Shown: positions 8,652-18,237, numbered from the stretch's first letter. The stretch is 32,000 nt of DNA from Telmatocola sphagniphila (GCF_018398935.1 NZ_CP074694.1:5670001-5702000); one strand, 5' to 3'. Translations and numbers: made by a program. Notes: generated by a model not told the origin, from the letters alone.

Positions 8652-9410
8652 TTAATTCTCCGGAGAAAGAATGAACGGCTTCAGCTCTTCCCACACCGGA
8701 ATAAAAGGACCATTGCAGGTGATCAAAACTTTTAACAAGCCAGGAGGTGTTTTTCGGGAAAAGAATTTTGTCGAACAGTCACATAAGCCGATGTTGAAAT
8801 CACCATCGAACTGGCCACCGATTTCGGGATCAGCATTCGGATCAAACGGGATGTCATCAGGCTTTGTCCAAATCACTGATTTGCGGCCTTCACAAAGCAA
8901 GACCGTATTAGAGGTTCCATGTTTCAAATTGACGAATGCAATTTTAGAACCCAGGATGGATTGTGGTCCTTTTTCAGGATACTTCGTTCGAAAAGCTTGA
9001 ATGTATGTTTCCCCTATCGGCACCGAACCTCTGACGGGTTTGAATAGGTCCGGAATATTTTCAATTAGAGCTTTATTAGTTGGACTATCCCACGGCTCAT
9101 TTAGTTTGAATTTTTTATAAAGTTTTGGCTCCGTCACTTTGAGAAGTTCGACGCGCCAACTCAGGAGAGGCTTTTTCTCTTTTCTGGGCGATTCGGGAGT
9201 TGGGGGTGTATAAATGTCATCAAATTCTCCATCGGACATTAAGCTCCAAACATCTGCAAGGATTTTTCTTAGATTGCCCGCGGCTTGTTTCTGAAGAGGA
9301 TCTTCCTTGATGGTTTCGTTGACTTCGGACTTCGTGTCGGTTTGATTGGTTTTCGAGCAACCGAAAGATATCAGAATGCAGCACAACAGCATGGGAATGC
9401 AAAGTCTCAA
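8652..9410 (-). CDS. Lipoprotein with DUF1559-like C-terminal motif
   Basis: Signal peptide plus lipobox (LISFGC). The C-terminal FNIGLCDCSTKFFS parallels the DUF1559 tail (NVLFADGSVRFIS) typical of planctomycete proteins. Confidence 0.7.
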   Translation of the reverse strand: MRLCIPMLLCCILISFGCSKTNQTDTKSEVNETIKEDPLQKQAAGNLRKILADVWSLMSDGEFDDIYTPPTPESPRKEKKPLLSWRVELLKVTEPKLYKKFKLNEPWDSPTNKALIENIPDLFKPVRGSVPIGETYIQAFRTKYPEKGPQSILGSKIAFVNLKHGTSNTVLLCEGRKSVIWTKPDDIPFDPNADPEIGGQFDGDFNIGLCDCSTKFFSRKTPPGLLKVLITCNGPFIPVWEELKPFILSPEN

Positions 9411-9534
9411 AGGTAGTCTCCTAAATAAATCCGAAGGTTATCTCTTTCGACCTTTATCAGTGCGCGAGTATCCAACCTCGGGCGTTTGTTCAGATTTCGA
9501 ATTTTTTATCCAATTTAAGGTCATATGCCAATGG

Positions 9535-9815
9535 TCAATGAGGGTAATACGACGACCGGGCAAGTTGCAGAAGGTGTCCACTCAAGGCGACTTCCACCCA
9601 CCTCGACGACGTTCGCAGCCTCATGTACCGCCAGACCGTCCTCAACGAGATGCCCAACGCCGTGCTGATCTTCGGGTCCGTCAGCCCCTTGTCACGGAGT
9701 TCGACCACCCGACAGGGATTTCGCTTCAACGTCCCATTCGCACGCCCCTTGTATTTACCCTTCTTCTTGGCCTGCTCGATGCCCGCCGCTTGCCTCTCCT
9801 TACGGCGGGTGGCAC
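9535..9815 (-). pseudogene. Serine recombinase (resolvase/invertase) C-terminal fragment
   Basis: Translation gives RRKERQAAGIEQAKKKGKYKGRANGTLKRNPCRVVELRDKGLTDPKISTALGISLRTVWRYM. This is the linker plus HTH of a resolvase. The catalytic N-terminal domain is absent, because an in-frame TGA lies just upstream. Confidence 0.55.
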
Positions 9816-9861
9816 TGGTAACCCTTGAGAATCACCGTAAGTCATTGTCAGGTAATGTTTT

Positions 9862-9991
9862 GGGTCCCACTGGCTATCTGCCAGTGACTGAGAAAGAGAA
9901 ATCAGAGAGACTTTTCGCCAACTCAGAAACACATTCGATCCGAAAACGGGAGTTATATCGAAACGGCACTGTCAGATAGCCAGTGCCACCC
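9862..9991. repeat. 130-bp element bounded by about 26-bp inverted repeats (MITE-like or recombination site)
   Basis: The left end gggtcccactggctatctgccagtg matches the reverse complement of the right end gggtggcactggctatctgacagtg, about 22 of 25 positions by eye. Each end is itself a 7-bp hairpin. A third partial copy (gggtggcactgg) lies at 9808-9819. Confidence 0.6.
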
Positions 9992-10259
9992 AAGTCTAGA
10001 TTGTACAGGGACTTGCGTTTATTGAGATGGGGTGCCAGTGTCACCCGTCGCAAACTGATAGAGAGCATCTCCATGATTCTCGACCCAGTTCGCAGGATCG
10101 AGAAATGGCAGAGGTAAAGATCGATCCATGAAGGTAACTCGGCATCTAGTCGGCATCCGTTTTTGTGAGCCGCTAGATCGGATTAGTCGGAACTCGAGCG
10201 AAAGGATTACACGAAATTCCGGTTTTGGGCGAAATTGTTAGTCGCGTGGCTAATGGCTA

Positions 10260-10808
10260 CTAAGAAGCTTTGGATTCGTTTTTGCAACCGCCGGATTCGC
10301 CGGAGCCTAGTTGAGATCCAACCAGCAAGCCAATTAGACCGGAAATTGCGAGTTCCACAAAAGGGAGATCCGTGGAAGTGGCCAGGATATAGCCCACTCG
10401 CTTCGGCCAGTACTGTTGATCTTCGACGGAAACAGATTGGCACCATCGGGTTAAATCTTTACCCGCTAATCCCAAAGCTCCAAAGCAGCCAACGGCCAGG
10501 AATGCGGCGGCCACGGGTCTTAGAAATCGCGAACTACGGTAATGGAGAACCCACACCAATGCCAGGAGCGCAATCAGCCAGAAAGCATGCATAGCGATCA
10601 GCGACTGGATAGGGGGAAAACAGCCCCAGACTCCACATAATTCTTCGCCGAGATCGTAGGGGATGTCGGAGATATAGAGCGAGGAAACCGCCGCCGTCAA
10701 CCAACCGATGGCGATCCAGGCGGGTCTCCGAGTTTTATGAATCGGACAATCGAGGGGACACAAATCGGTTGCGGTGTCCTTGCTGGATTCTGTTTTTCCC
10801 TGGTCCAT
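10260..10808 (-). CDS. Hypothetical multi-pass membrane protein
   Basis: 182-aa ORF with about four hydrophobic helices (WIAIGWLTAAVSSLYI, FWLIALLALVWVL, AAAFLAVGCFGALGLA, LAISGLIGLLVG). No recognisable motif. Confidence 0.55.
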   Translation of the reverse strand: MDQGKTESSKDTATDLCPLDCPIHKTRRPAWIAIGWLTAAVSSLYISDIPYDLGEELCGVWGCFPPIQSLIAMHAFWLIALLALVWVLHYRSSRFLRPVAAAFLAVGCFGALGLAGKDLTRWCQSVSVEDQQYWPKRVGYILATSTDLPFVELAISGLIGLLVGSQLGSGESGGCKNESKAS

Positions 10809-11493
10809 GAATCTGCACTCGCTTCAAAAGTACTCGTGTGAGAGTTGCTCGCGGGACATAGCCCCAGTCCGTCTCCCGGCTAGTATTTGGATGCGCTCGG
10901 AGTTCAGAAGTTACAGGTTCAGTAATAAGATTCTGCGTAACGTGCCCTCCATTAGGAAACCTCCATGAGGAAATCCTCCCCACAAATTGTGAGGGATGGG
11001 TCCAGCGACGCGAGCCCAACGCGGGAGCGATGCTGCACCCAATTTGCACCCAAAATGGCGTTTGGCGACGAAACAAGCACGAAGGATGTTTTTCGTAAGT
11101 GCTTATCCGATAACTACTTATGGATTTTTTGAGGCGTCAAAAAGTGAGCTACCCGACTAGGATTCGAATGTAAATTCGAACAGTTGGGCTTATGTTGGTG
11201 TAGCGTCTCGAACACGTCGAAGTCACGGCCATGAAAGCTGTTGCGCCGCGAACCTGTTCTCGCTGGTAATTATACCGCATTGGCCTCGCACGGCCAATAG
11301 TGCCCGCTTTTTGCCCACCCTAGATGCGTTATCTCCAGGTGGCCAATTCTCTGCCTCAAACATATTTTTCCGGTTTAAGAGGAAATTGGTCGACTCTTCA
11401 AGTGGAGTTCTTTTCAGATGATAGCGAACCATTCCGAATCAGAACCATCTATACCCTTGTACAATCCTGCCATGGGCCTAGGGAGATCGTCGA

Positions 11494-12630
11494 ATGTCAT
11501 CAGAATGGTCGCTTCTTTACCTTCTGCCAAACCTAGTCATTTCAGAGACTGTAGAGTTCGGGCCATTGGCTGTCGTCTCGAATGAGGACGAACGCCTCAA
11601 CCTTTTACTGGATCAACCAGCGGTTCAGATACTACTGAGGAATTTTACGACGGTATTCGGCGACCAAATCAAACCGGCCGCAATGATAACACGGAAGGAA
11701 GTTGCTACGCCAAGCAGAGACCAAATCATAGCATTCCGCAACTGCCTAGCATTATCAGGGTTAGCCGAAGCCCACCGAGAGTTTCTATCTGGATCTAGGG
11801 GAAACTTGCAACGCTATTCCGACTACTTTGACCTTTACCCTTTTACACCCAGTAATGATGGGGAGGAATTAATTTCTCACACTCCTGCAAATTGGGAGTG
11901 TCGATCAGAAACTCGCGACGAGTTCCGAGGGCAACCATCTGCATATTTGTCGCATCTAAACATGCTACCGTGTAAGCTGGATTTGCGATTATTGGATCTA
12001 TTACGTATACGCTGGCAAGAGTGTTTTCTACTCCGCCAAGAAACACCTAGGAACCGTCGGGTATTTCGATCTATGGAGATTGCACTTCTTGCAATGCGTT
12101 TGCCTGGAATTAGTATTCTAATTCCAACCATTCACGACATGGGAGTGAGTGCAGGACTATGGGTCAGTGCGTTCGAAATTCTAGCATACGATGGGAAATG
12201 GGCTGGTCCGAAGCAGGTTAAAGCGATGATCGGACAGGGGCCATGGCTGACCGATCAGTCACGTGCAATCGCCGTTGATTTATACGAGGCGCTTTATGCA
12301 GCTAGAAATGCCTTCATGCATGGGAATGAAGTGACATTAGCAGACCTACATCTTGGTGGTCAAACTCAGCAAAGCGTCATGCTACCTATGATTGCCCCGC
12401 TGATTTTCAGAAACGCATTGCTAGGTATTTTAGGCTTCATTGTTCCGCCAAGATTGGATGAAGTTGCGGATCAATGGCTGCCATATTACTGGAACCAGGA
12501 GCCATTCGAAAGAGCGATGACAAACGCGCTTACGTTGGTCGCTCAATCTGTCGCCGAACTTCAGAGGCTGAATGGAGACTTGGAAGTCTTGTCGGAGCAG
12601 TCCCAAGATGAAGCATCTCAAATGGATTAG
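11494..12630 (+). CDS. Hypothetical protein with HEPN-type RNxxxH motif in a helical C-terminal half
   Basis: 378-aa ORF with a gggaga SD 7 nt upstream. The hexapeptide R271-N-A-F-M-H276 (nt 12304-12321) fits the HEPN Rx4-6H signature, which has a polar residue after R. The surrounding sequence looks helical. Confidence 0.6.
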   Translation: MSSEWSLLYLLPNLVISETVEFGPLAVVSNEDERLNLLLDQPAVQILLRNFTTVFGDQIKPAAMITRKEVATPSRDQIIAFRNCLALSGLAEAHREFLSGSRGNLQRYSDYFDLYPFTPSNDGEELISHTPANWECRSETRDEFRGQPSAYLSHLNMLPCKLDLRLLDLLRIRWQECFLLRQETPRNRRVFRSMEIALLAMRLPGISILIPTIHDMGVSAGLWVSAFEILAYDGKWAGPKQVKAMIGQGPWLTDQSRAIAVDLYEALYAARNAFMHGNEVTLADLHLGGQTQQSVMLPMIAPLIFRNALLGILGFIVPPRLDEVADQWLPYYWNQEPFERAMTNALTLVAQSVAELQRLNGDLEVLSEQSQDEASQMD

Positions 12631-12794
12631 GCCTATCGTCATCTTCCGTATGCTCGAAATCTACTTCCTGGTAAAGACGAATTTGCCTGGTTTGGAATTG
12701 CGATCTCTTGGCGAGCCATACTGTTGGGATGCGCTAATAGATTCCGGCACTCACGCGGCGGCCCAGTAATAGTCGTTCCAGAGTCCGCCGTAGT

Positions 12795-12990
12795 TTAAGG
12801 CAACAGAGGCGGGTCAGCCAGACGCCTAGGGGTCTCTTCCCTGTAGAGGACCTTCGTCCGGCACTCGCTCGGAGGCGTGGTAGAAGTCGAGTACCTGCAT
12901 CGCCCCGGGGAACGATTCATGTCCCAGAGAACTTTGGCGAACCCGTACAGTTGCTAGGCAATTCGTTCTAATGATCTTATTAAGGTCTGC
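12795..12990 (-). pseudogene. Degenerate DDE-transposase fragment
   Basis: The reverse strand reads ...SFPGAMQVLDFYHASERV, then after a frameshift VLYREETPRRLADP, then a stop. The LDFYHAxE block is one I associate with ISKra4-like transposases. It is short and interrupted. Confidence 0.35.
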
Positions 12991-13124
12991 GTCTGGATGC
13001 CGACTTTAATGAGTTCAGACAACCCAAACTCGGTGAATTACGCATAATACCATACCCGGCTTCACTTTATTGCATTGTCTCAAATCACGTTCTAGTTTTC
13101 TCCTGTAGGTGAAACCGCGCGCAA

Positions 13125-16100
13125 ATGACGCTCGATATCGAAGCTCGGATCGAAGAGTGGATGAAGCTACTTCTCGATACATCTGCCAGAAACAAGCTCA
13201 TCTCTACTAAGTTCGGCCCCCGAGCTGCGCTTGAACTCCTTCGTCCTGACGCCAAGCAAGTTTGGAAATCGATGCTCGAAGGAGAAGCCGGTATTTCATT
13301 CGCCTGGAAGCGGGATTTGCTAAATGATGAGCAGAATGACGAAGGCGAAACCGATTCCGAATTGGAAGGTGATGACGCCGAGCGAGAACGCCATACCGAT
13401 TCGGAGGCGACAATTCAACTCTGTCTGTCGTCCCCGAAATTGCGGGACGAAGCGTTGTCGAAATTGACCGATAAACGGCTCGATTCCCGACTCAAAAGGC
13501 TGTCGTTGAACGCCAAGGTAAGTCTGGACGAACGCGGTGTAAATACTCTTTACCTCGCGATTGGGTTCCTGCATTGGTACGAGGCCGAGAATGCTTCTAG
13601 TGATCACCTCGCACCACTTCTTCTGATTCCCGTTCATTTGAGCCAGGAAAACCTGATCGGCAATTGGCGAATTGCGCCGCTTGATGAAGGTGCCGAACGG
13701 AACGAGTGCCTTGCCGAACGATTCCGAAACGATTTCAAGATACAACTACCCGAATTGGCGGAGGAAAGCGACGATAGTGAGCCGTTGGATAGCTACATCG
13801 AATTCATTTCAAGCGTTCAAAAAATCCTCTCCAAGTTGCCCGACCGCCGCTGGGAAATTCGCGAAGACATGATCGCCCTCGGTCATTTCGATTCCCGCAA
13901 ATTGCCCATGTGGAAGGATTTGCAGAAGAACATGAAACGCATTGCCGCGCACCGATTATGCCGGCTTATTGCAGGGGACACGGATGTGCTAGCCCACGAC
14001 CCCGGAATTCGGCCATTGGAACCGGAGGAACTCGATGCCCAGGTGCCCGTTAGCGAATTGCTCCATATCCTGCCCGCCGATTCGAGCCAACACGCAGCAA
14101 TCGAAGCAGTGAAAAAAGGTATCGATCTGGTTCTCGATGGCCCGCCCGGTACGGGAAAGAGTCAAACTATTGCCAATATCATTGCCGACCGGATCGGTGC
14201 GGGGAAAACCGTCCTGTTCGTCAGCGAAAAGGCCGCCGCTTTGCAAGTCGTTGAAAGTCGGCTTCGCGAAGCCGGTCTCGGCGATTTTTGCCTGTCACTT
14301 CACGATCCGTCGAAAACGTCACGCACTTCAGTCTGCGAGGAATTTAAGAAAGGCCTGGCATTACGGCCTGCCGCATACGACGACCCTAGCGTACGGCAGA
14401 AAAAGCAGCAGGAGACGCGGGAACACCTCAATCGATACGTTCACGCCTTGCATGAGAAGCGCGAACCTTTGGGCCTTTCCTTTTACGAGGTTTACGGGAA
14501 GCGCGCGCGATTCACCCAAATCGCGAGTCAATCCAGACTGATAATACCTGATGCGGGTGCCTGGGATCGTCATAGGCTCGAATCGGTGCGTGAGGCCCTC
14601 ACCCAACTCCATGATGCTCGAAGCGTTTTTGCTGATCCGGAACGTCATCCGTGGCAGGGTTGTTTGCCAGAGCGGTTGACCGAAGTTCTTCGCGACGATA
14701 TGCAACACAATCTTGAGCGATTGTCACACGGGTTAACCGAAGCGGAGAGAATCGCCAAAGAATGGTCGTCGATGGATTGGCTTCCCACGCGGCCCAACTG
14801 GAACGATTTCCATGTGGGCATTAACGAAGCCGGTCGGGCTTTGGATGTTCCGATTCTCCACCGTGAGTGGTTGTCAACCGATCCCCAGAAAGCCCTTCGT
14901 GCCGTCCAACAAATGCCGGCAAAGACTAGCACCCACCGTGCAGCAGTGAAAATGCTGCCCGAATTCGATATCGAAACCGTGTGCGAAGATTCTGAGATGC
15001 CACGAGCGCCGGATCGCTCAATTCCACTGAAAAAACCATACTTCGAGTCGATTCGTAGCCGATTGATAGAAGTGCAACGTGTGCTCGAACGAATGCTGCG
15101 AATGAAATCGAAATCATCTTTGGTTCGGCAGACATTAGAGGCCCTCACCGCGATCGTTCCACTGCCGTGGGAAACCACGCCTGTTACAGATCTCCCTGAT
15201 TTACTCGCACGCCTACGGGCAGTTGTCGCTGTTTGTCCGCTGCCCGCTACATGGTCCAAACACGAAGACCGATCCGAAAGACAGATCCTACTCGCACGCG
15301 GTAAGGATGCTCTGGAAAAAGCGGAAACGATTCGTGCGGGACTGCTCAAAGAAATCTCGCTACAAGCGTTCTCTTTCGAAAAAGCCGGATTAGTTGAAAA
15401 AGCCTATCCCTATCGTTCGCGGTTACGCAAACTCGGTTTCGGCTGGTCTTCTCTAAAGCGAGAATGGCGTACCCTCTACTCGACTGAATTCCCGAAGCAC
15501 GCTGAGTTCCGAAACCACGTTGAACAACTTGATAGTTTCCGTCGGCACCACATACTCGTCAAGGAATTAGTTGCCACTTGCCCGGAATTCCCCGGGTCGG
15601 AACTCTCTGCCCGCCGTTGGCAAACAGAGTGTGATCGACTCGGTGCAGTCGTTGCATTTGCCGATGGCGACAACTCCCTGCCCCTGCAACCCATTTTCTT
15701 CGAGGCCGAAATCGAAAAGCCCACACTCATTTCCCTGATCGACCGAGCTTCGGAGTCGGTGGTCGGCCTCATCTCCGAATGCGCAGAACTCGATATTATT
15801 CTGACCTTGAAGCAACTTGCTACAGGGGGCAAAATCACCGGTCGAATACAAGAAATGGACGAACTTGTTGCTCCCGTTGAAATGCAATTGAAGAATGAAA
15901 TTCTGTGTCTCGACCGCTGTGTGCGCTGGCTTCGGACGGATGCGGATGTCCCCTTCGATGTCCTCTCCGAACGTATGCCTACACTGCAAAGGCTGCGAAA
16001 CCTGCGGGACGAAATCGACCAACTTCGAAATAGTTTCCAACCCTCATTGGATTTGCAACAGGCGATTCGCCGCGAATGGAGAGCGGATGCCGAGGCTGCC

Positions 16101-18230
16101 GAAAAAGGGGAAGCCTACTTGAACCGTTGCGCAACGCCACTTCCGGAGAAAGATCGCAAAGCGCTATCGGACGAGGAATATCGACAAAACCTCGACCGAT
16201 TGCGGCATAGGGGTATCAGAGTTGGTACGGAGGGATTAACTTCGGCGTGGTCCTTCCTGACGGAGAAACTCTTCCCTTCCTCCAGTTCCGTTTCGACAGG
16301 TATCGTATTGGAGCAGTCGCCCCTCGATGAAGTCGTAGCCTGGAGTGAATCGCGACGGAAGGACGCCAATCGAATGGAGGAATGGTTGACCTACCAGCGT
16401 GTTCGCCGGGAAACGCGGGCCGTCGGTGTCGAGGAAATCATCGAGGAAATCCACCGGAAGGAAGTGAAGCTTGAGGAAGCAGCGATGGCTTTCGAATCCC
16501 GCTTTCTGGCGCAGTGGATCGATGCATGTAGCGAACCGATCAAAGAACTGTCGGATTTTCGCTTCAACAAACACGAACGATTGATCGCGGATTTTGTTGA
16601 ACGGGACAAGTCTTTAACAGCCTCCGCTTCAGATATGATCCGCTCGACATTAATGAACGATAGCTGTCGGCCATCAGATATAAAGTGGTCGAGTCGCGAT
16701 CCGAAAGTTCGAATTCTGAAGGAAGAAATTCAGAAGAAACGATCACGCAAACCAATCCGGAAGTTGTTCGCTGAAGTTTCGGCTCCTCTACTGAAGCTAA
16801 AGCCTTGCTGGATGATGTCTCCGCTTGCAGTCAGTACGTTTCTCGATTCGCCCGATTTTCACTTCGACGTAGTAATCTTCGACGAGGCTTCGCAGATTCG
16901 GCCCCATGATGCCATATGCGCGATCTACCGGGGCAAACAACTTGTTGTGGCCGGAGACCCGAAGCAATTGCCCCCCACGGAGATAGGCGTCAGGAATAAG
17001 GTGATTGCAAATGATGACGATGACAACTCTCTACTCGAACATGAGAGTATTCTCGATGTATTGCTTGCCAAATCACTCCCACAGAAACGACTGACCTGGC
17101 ACTATCGCAGCAAACGCGAGGAACTTATTGCGTTCTCCAACCAGGAAATCTACGGCGGTGAACTCGTAAGCTTCCCTTCTCCCGACGATGCCGGAGAAAG
17201 GCCGATTCAATTCGTCCACACTCCTCATGGGCGATTCATTGGCAACAAGAACGAAATCGAAGCGGCAGTCGTAGCCGATTTAGTCATCGAGCATTTCGAG
17301 CATTCTCCAAATCAATCGTTGGGAGTAATCGCTTTCAGCTTGAAGCAGCAGGAATGTATCAACGATGCATTGGAAAAAAGGCGGCGCGAAAAACCACATT
17401 TAGAGGAGCATTTCAACCGTTTTGGTTTAGAACCATTCTTCGTCAAGAATTTGGAAAACGTACAAGGCGATGCTCGGGACCACATCATCCTGAGCGTCGG
17501 TTATGCGAAGGATGAATTTGGAGCCTTAGCAATGCGATTTGGTCCACTTAACAAGAAAGGTGGTGAGCGACGACTTAACGTTGCTATCACTCGCTCTCAG
17601 CATTGTATGAGCATCGTGTCATCGATGCACCCGCTTGAGATGGATGTAGATAGATTGACAAACGATGGCCCTAAATTGCTCAAGACATTCTTGCAATTTG
17701 CAATGGATGGGCCGCAAGCAATTGCAAGAAAAACGAACAGTGTCGGTGAGGAACACGAATCTCCTTTCGAAGCCGCTGTTGCCGAGCAATTGCGTCGCGT
17801 GGGAATTCTCACGAAGCCCCAGATCGGATGTGCTGGATACCGCATTGATCTTGGAGCCTACGACGCCCTTCAACCGGGTCGCTTCCTACTTGGCATCGAA
17901 TGCGATGGAGCTATGTATCACAGCGCGGCAACTGCGCGGGACCGCGACCGATTACGACAGGAAGTCCTAGAAAGTCTGGGCTGGAAGATCGTTCGCATTT
18001 GGTCAACCGATTGGTTCAAAAACCACAAAGAACAGGTTGAACGCATTGTCAGCGAAGTTGAGAAAGCCAAGAAACGCTATGCCGAGAAGGAATTGATTCC
18101 GGCAACTAACAGGCGGGTGGTAAGCCAATCTCCGCTATTGGAAACGGCAACCAGGAATCGAAAGGAGCACTTGGCCGACCCACAAGCAACTTTAATCTCG
18201 AAACCAGTTCCATCGGGATTGTTCGTATGA
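13125..18230 (+). CDS. Giant DUF4011 / UPF1-like superfamily-1 helicase fused to a Vsr/DUF559-like (PD-(D/E)xK-fold) endonuclease domain
   Basis: N-terminal DUF4011-type blocks (LLDTSARNKLIS; GVNTLYLAIGFLHWYE...APLLLIPV). Walker A GPPGTGKS at aa 339-346 (nt 14139-14162). Walker B DEAS at aa 1253-1256 (nt 16881-16892). Further SF1 motifs VVAGDPKQLPPT, NVQGDARDHIILSVGY and RRLNVAITRSQ. The C-terminal endonuclease block is GYRIDLGAY...LLGIECDGAMYH...RDRLRQEVLESLGWKIVRIWSTDW (about nt 17757-18017). Confidence 0.9.
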   Translation: MTLDIEARIEEWMKLLLDTSARNKLISTKFGPRAALELLRPDAKQVWKSMLEGEAGISFAWKRDLLNDEQNDEGETDSELEGDDAERERHTDSEATIQLCLSSPKLRDEALSKLTDKRLDSRLKRLSLNAKVSLDERGVNTLYLAIGFLHWYEAENASSDHLAPLLLIPVHLSQENLIGNWRIAPLDEGAERNECLAERFRNDFKIQLPELAEESDDSEPLDSYIEFISSVQKILSKLPDRRWEIREDMIALGHFDSRKLPMWKDLQKNMKRIAAHRLCRLIAGDTDVLAHDPGIRPLEPEELDAQVPVSELLHILPADSSQHAAIEAVKKGIDLVLDGPPGTGKSQTIANIIADRIGAGKTVLFVSEKAAALQVVESRLREAGLGDFCLSLHDPSKTSRTSVCEEFKKGLALRPAAYDDPSVRQKKQQETREHLNRYVHALHEKREPLGLSFYEVYGKRARFTQIASQSRLIIPDAGAWDRHRLESVREALTQLHDARSVFADPERHPWQGCLPERLTEVLRDDMQHNLERLSHGLTEAERIAKEWSSMDWLPTRPNWNDFHVGINEAGRALDVPILHREWLSTDPQKALRAVQQMPAKTSTHRAAVKMLPEFDIETVCEDSEMPRAPDRSIPLKKPYFESIRSRLIEVQRVLERMLRMKSKSSLVRQTLEALTAIVPLPWETTPVTDLPDLLARLRAVVAVCPLPATWSKHEDRSERQILLARGKDALEKAETIRAGLLKEISLQAFSFEKAGLVEKAYPYRSRLRKLGFGWSSLKREWRTLYSTEFPKHAEFRNHVEQLDSFRRHHILVKELVATCPEFPGSELSARRWQTECDRLGAVVAFADGDNSLPLQPIFFEAEIEKPTLISLIDRASESVVGLISECAELDIILTLKQLATGGKITGRIQEMDELVAPVEMQLKNEILCLDRCVRWLRTDADVPFDVLSERMPTLQRLRNLRDEIDQLRNSFQPSLDLQQAIRREWRADAEAAEKGEAYLNRCATPLPEKDRKALSDEEYRQNLDRLRHRGIRVGTEGLTSAWSFLTEKLFPSSSSVSTGIVLEQSPLDEVVAWSESRRKDANRMEEWLTYQRVRRETRAVGVEEIIEEIHRKEVKLEEAAMAFESRFLAQWIDACSEPIKELSDFRFNKHERLIADFVERDKSLTASASDMIRSTLMNDSCRPSDIKWSSRDPKVRILKEEIQKKRSRKPIRKLFAEVSAPLLKLKPCWMMSPLAVSTFLDSPDFHFDVVIFDEASQIRPHDAICAIYRGKQLVVAGDPKQLPPTEIGVRNKVIANDDDDNSLLEHESILDVLLAKSLPQKRLTWHYRSKREELIAFSNQEIYGGELVSFPSPDDAGERPIQFVHTPHGRFIGNKNEIEAAVVADLVIEHFEHSPNQSLGVIAFSLKQQECINDALEKRRREKPHLEEHFNRFGLEPFFVKNLENVQGDARDHIILSVGYAKDEFGALAMRFGPLNKKGGERRLNVAITRSQHCMSIVSSMHPLEMDVDRLTNDGPKLLKTFLQFAMDGPQAIARKTNSVGEEHESPFEAAVAEQLRRVGILTKPQIGCAGYRIDLGAYDALQPGRFLLGIECDGAMYHSAATARDRDRLRQEVLESLGWKIVRIWSTDWFKNHKEQVERIVSEVEKAKKRYAEKELIPATNRRVVSQSPLLETATRNRKEHLADPQATLISKPVPSGLFV

Positions 18231-18237
18231 GGCAGAT

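Noticed and set aside
9346-9979. Plus-strand ORFs of 160 aa and 118 aa
   Set aside because: They are antisense to the resolvase fragment and run across the inverted-repeat element. The minus-strand translation has clear resolvase linker/HTH similarity.
10735-11076. 113-aa minus-strand ORF
   Set aside because: It overlaps the 5' end of the membrane-protein gene in another frame, has no SD or motif, and covers the 9-mer direct repeats, which are better read as DNA sites.
14645-15349. 234-aa minus-strand ORF (with others at 13320-13745, 15567-16040 and 16236-16574) inside the helicase gene
   Set aside because: These are antisense shadow ORFs within a gene that has unambiguous helicase motifs. 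They have no SD sequences and low-complexity Arg/Ser-rich translations.
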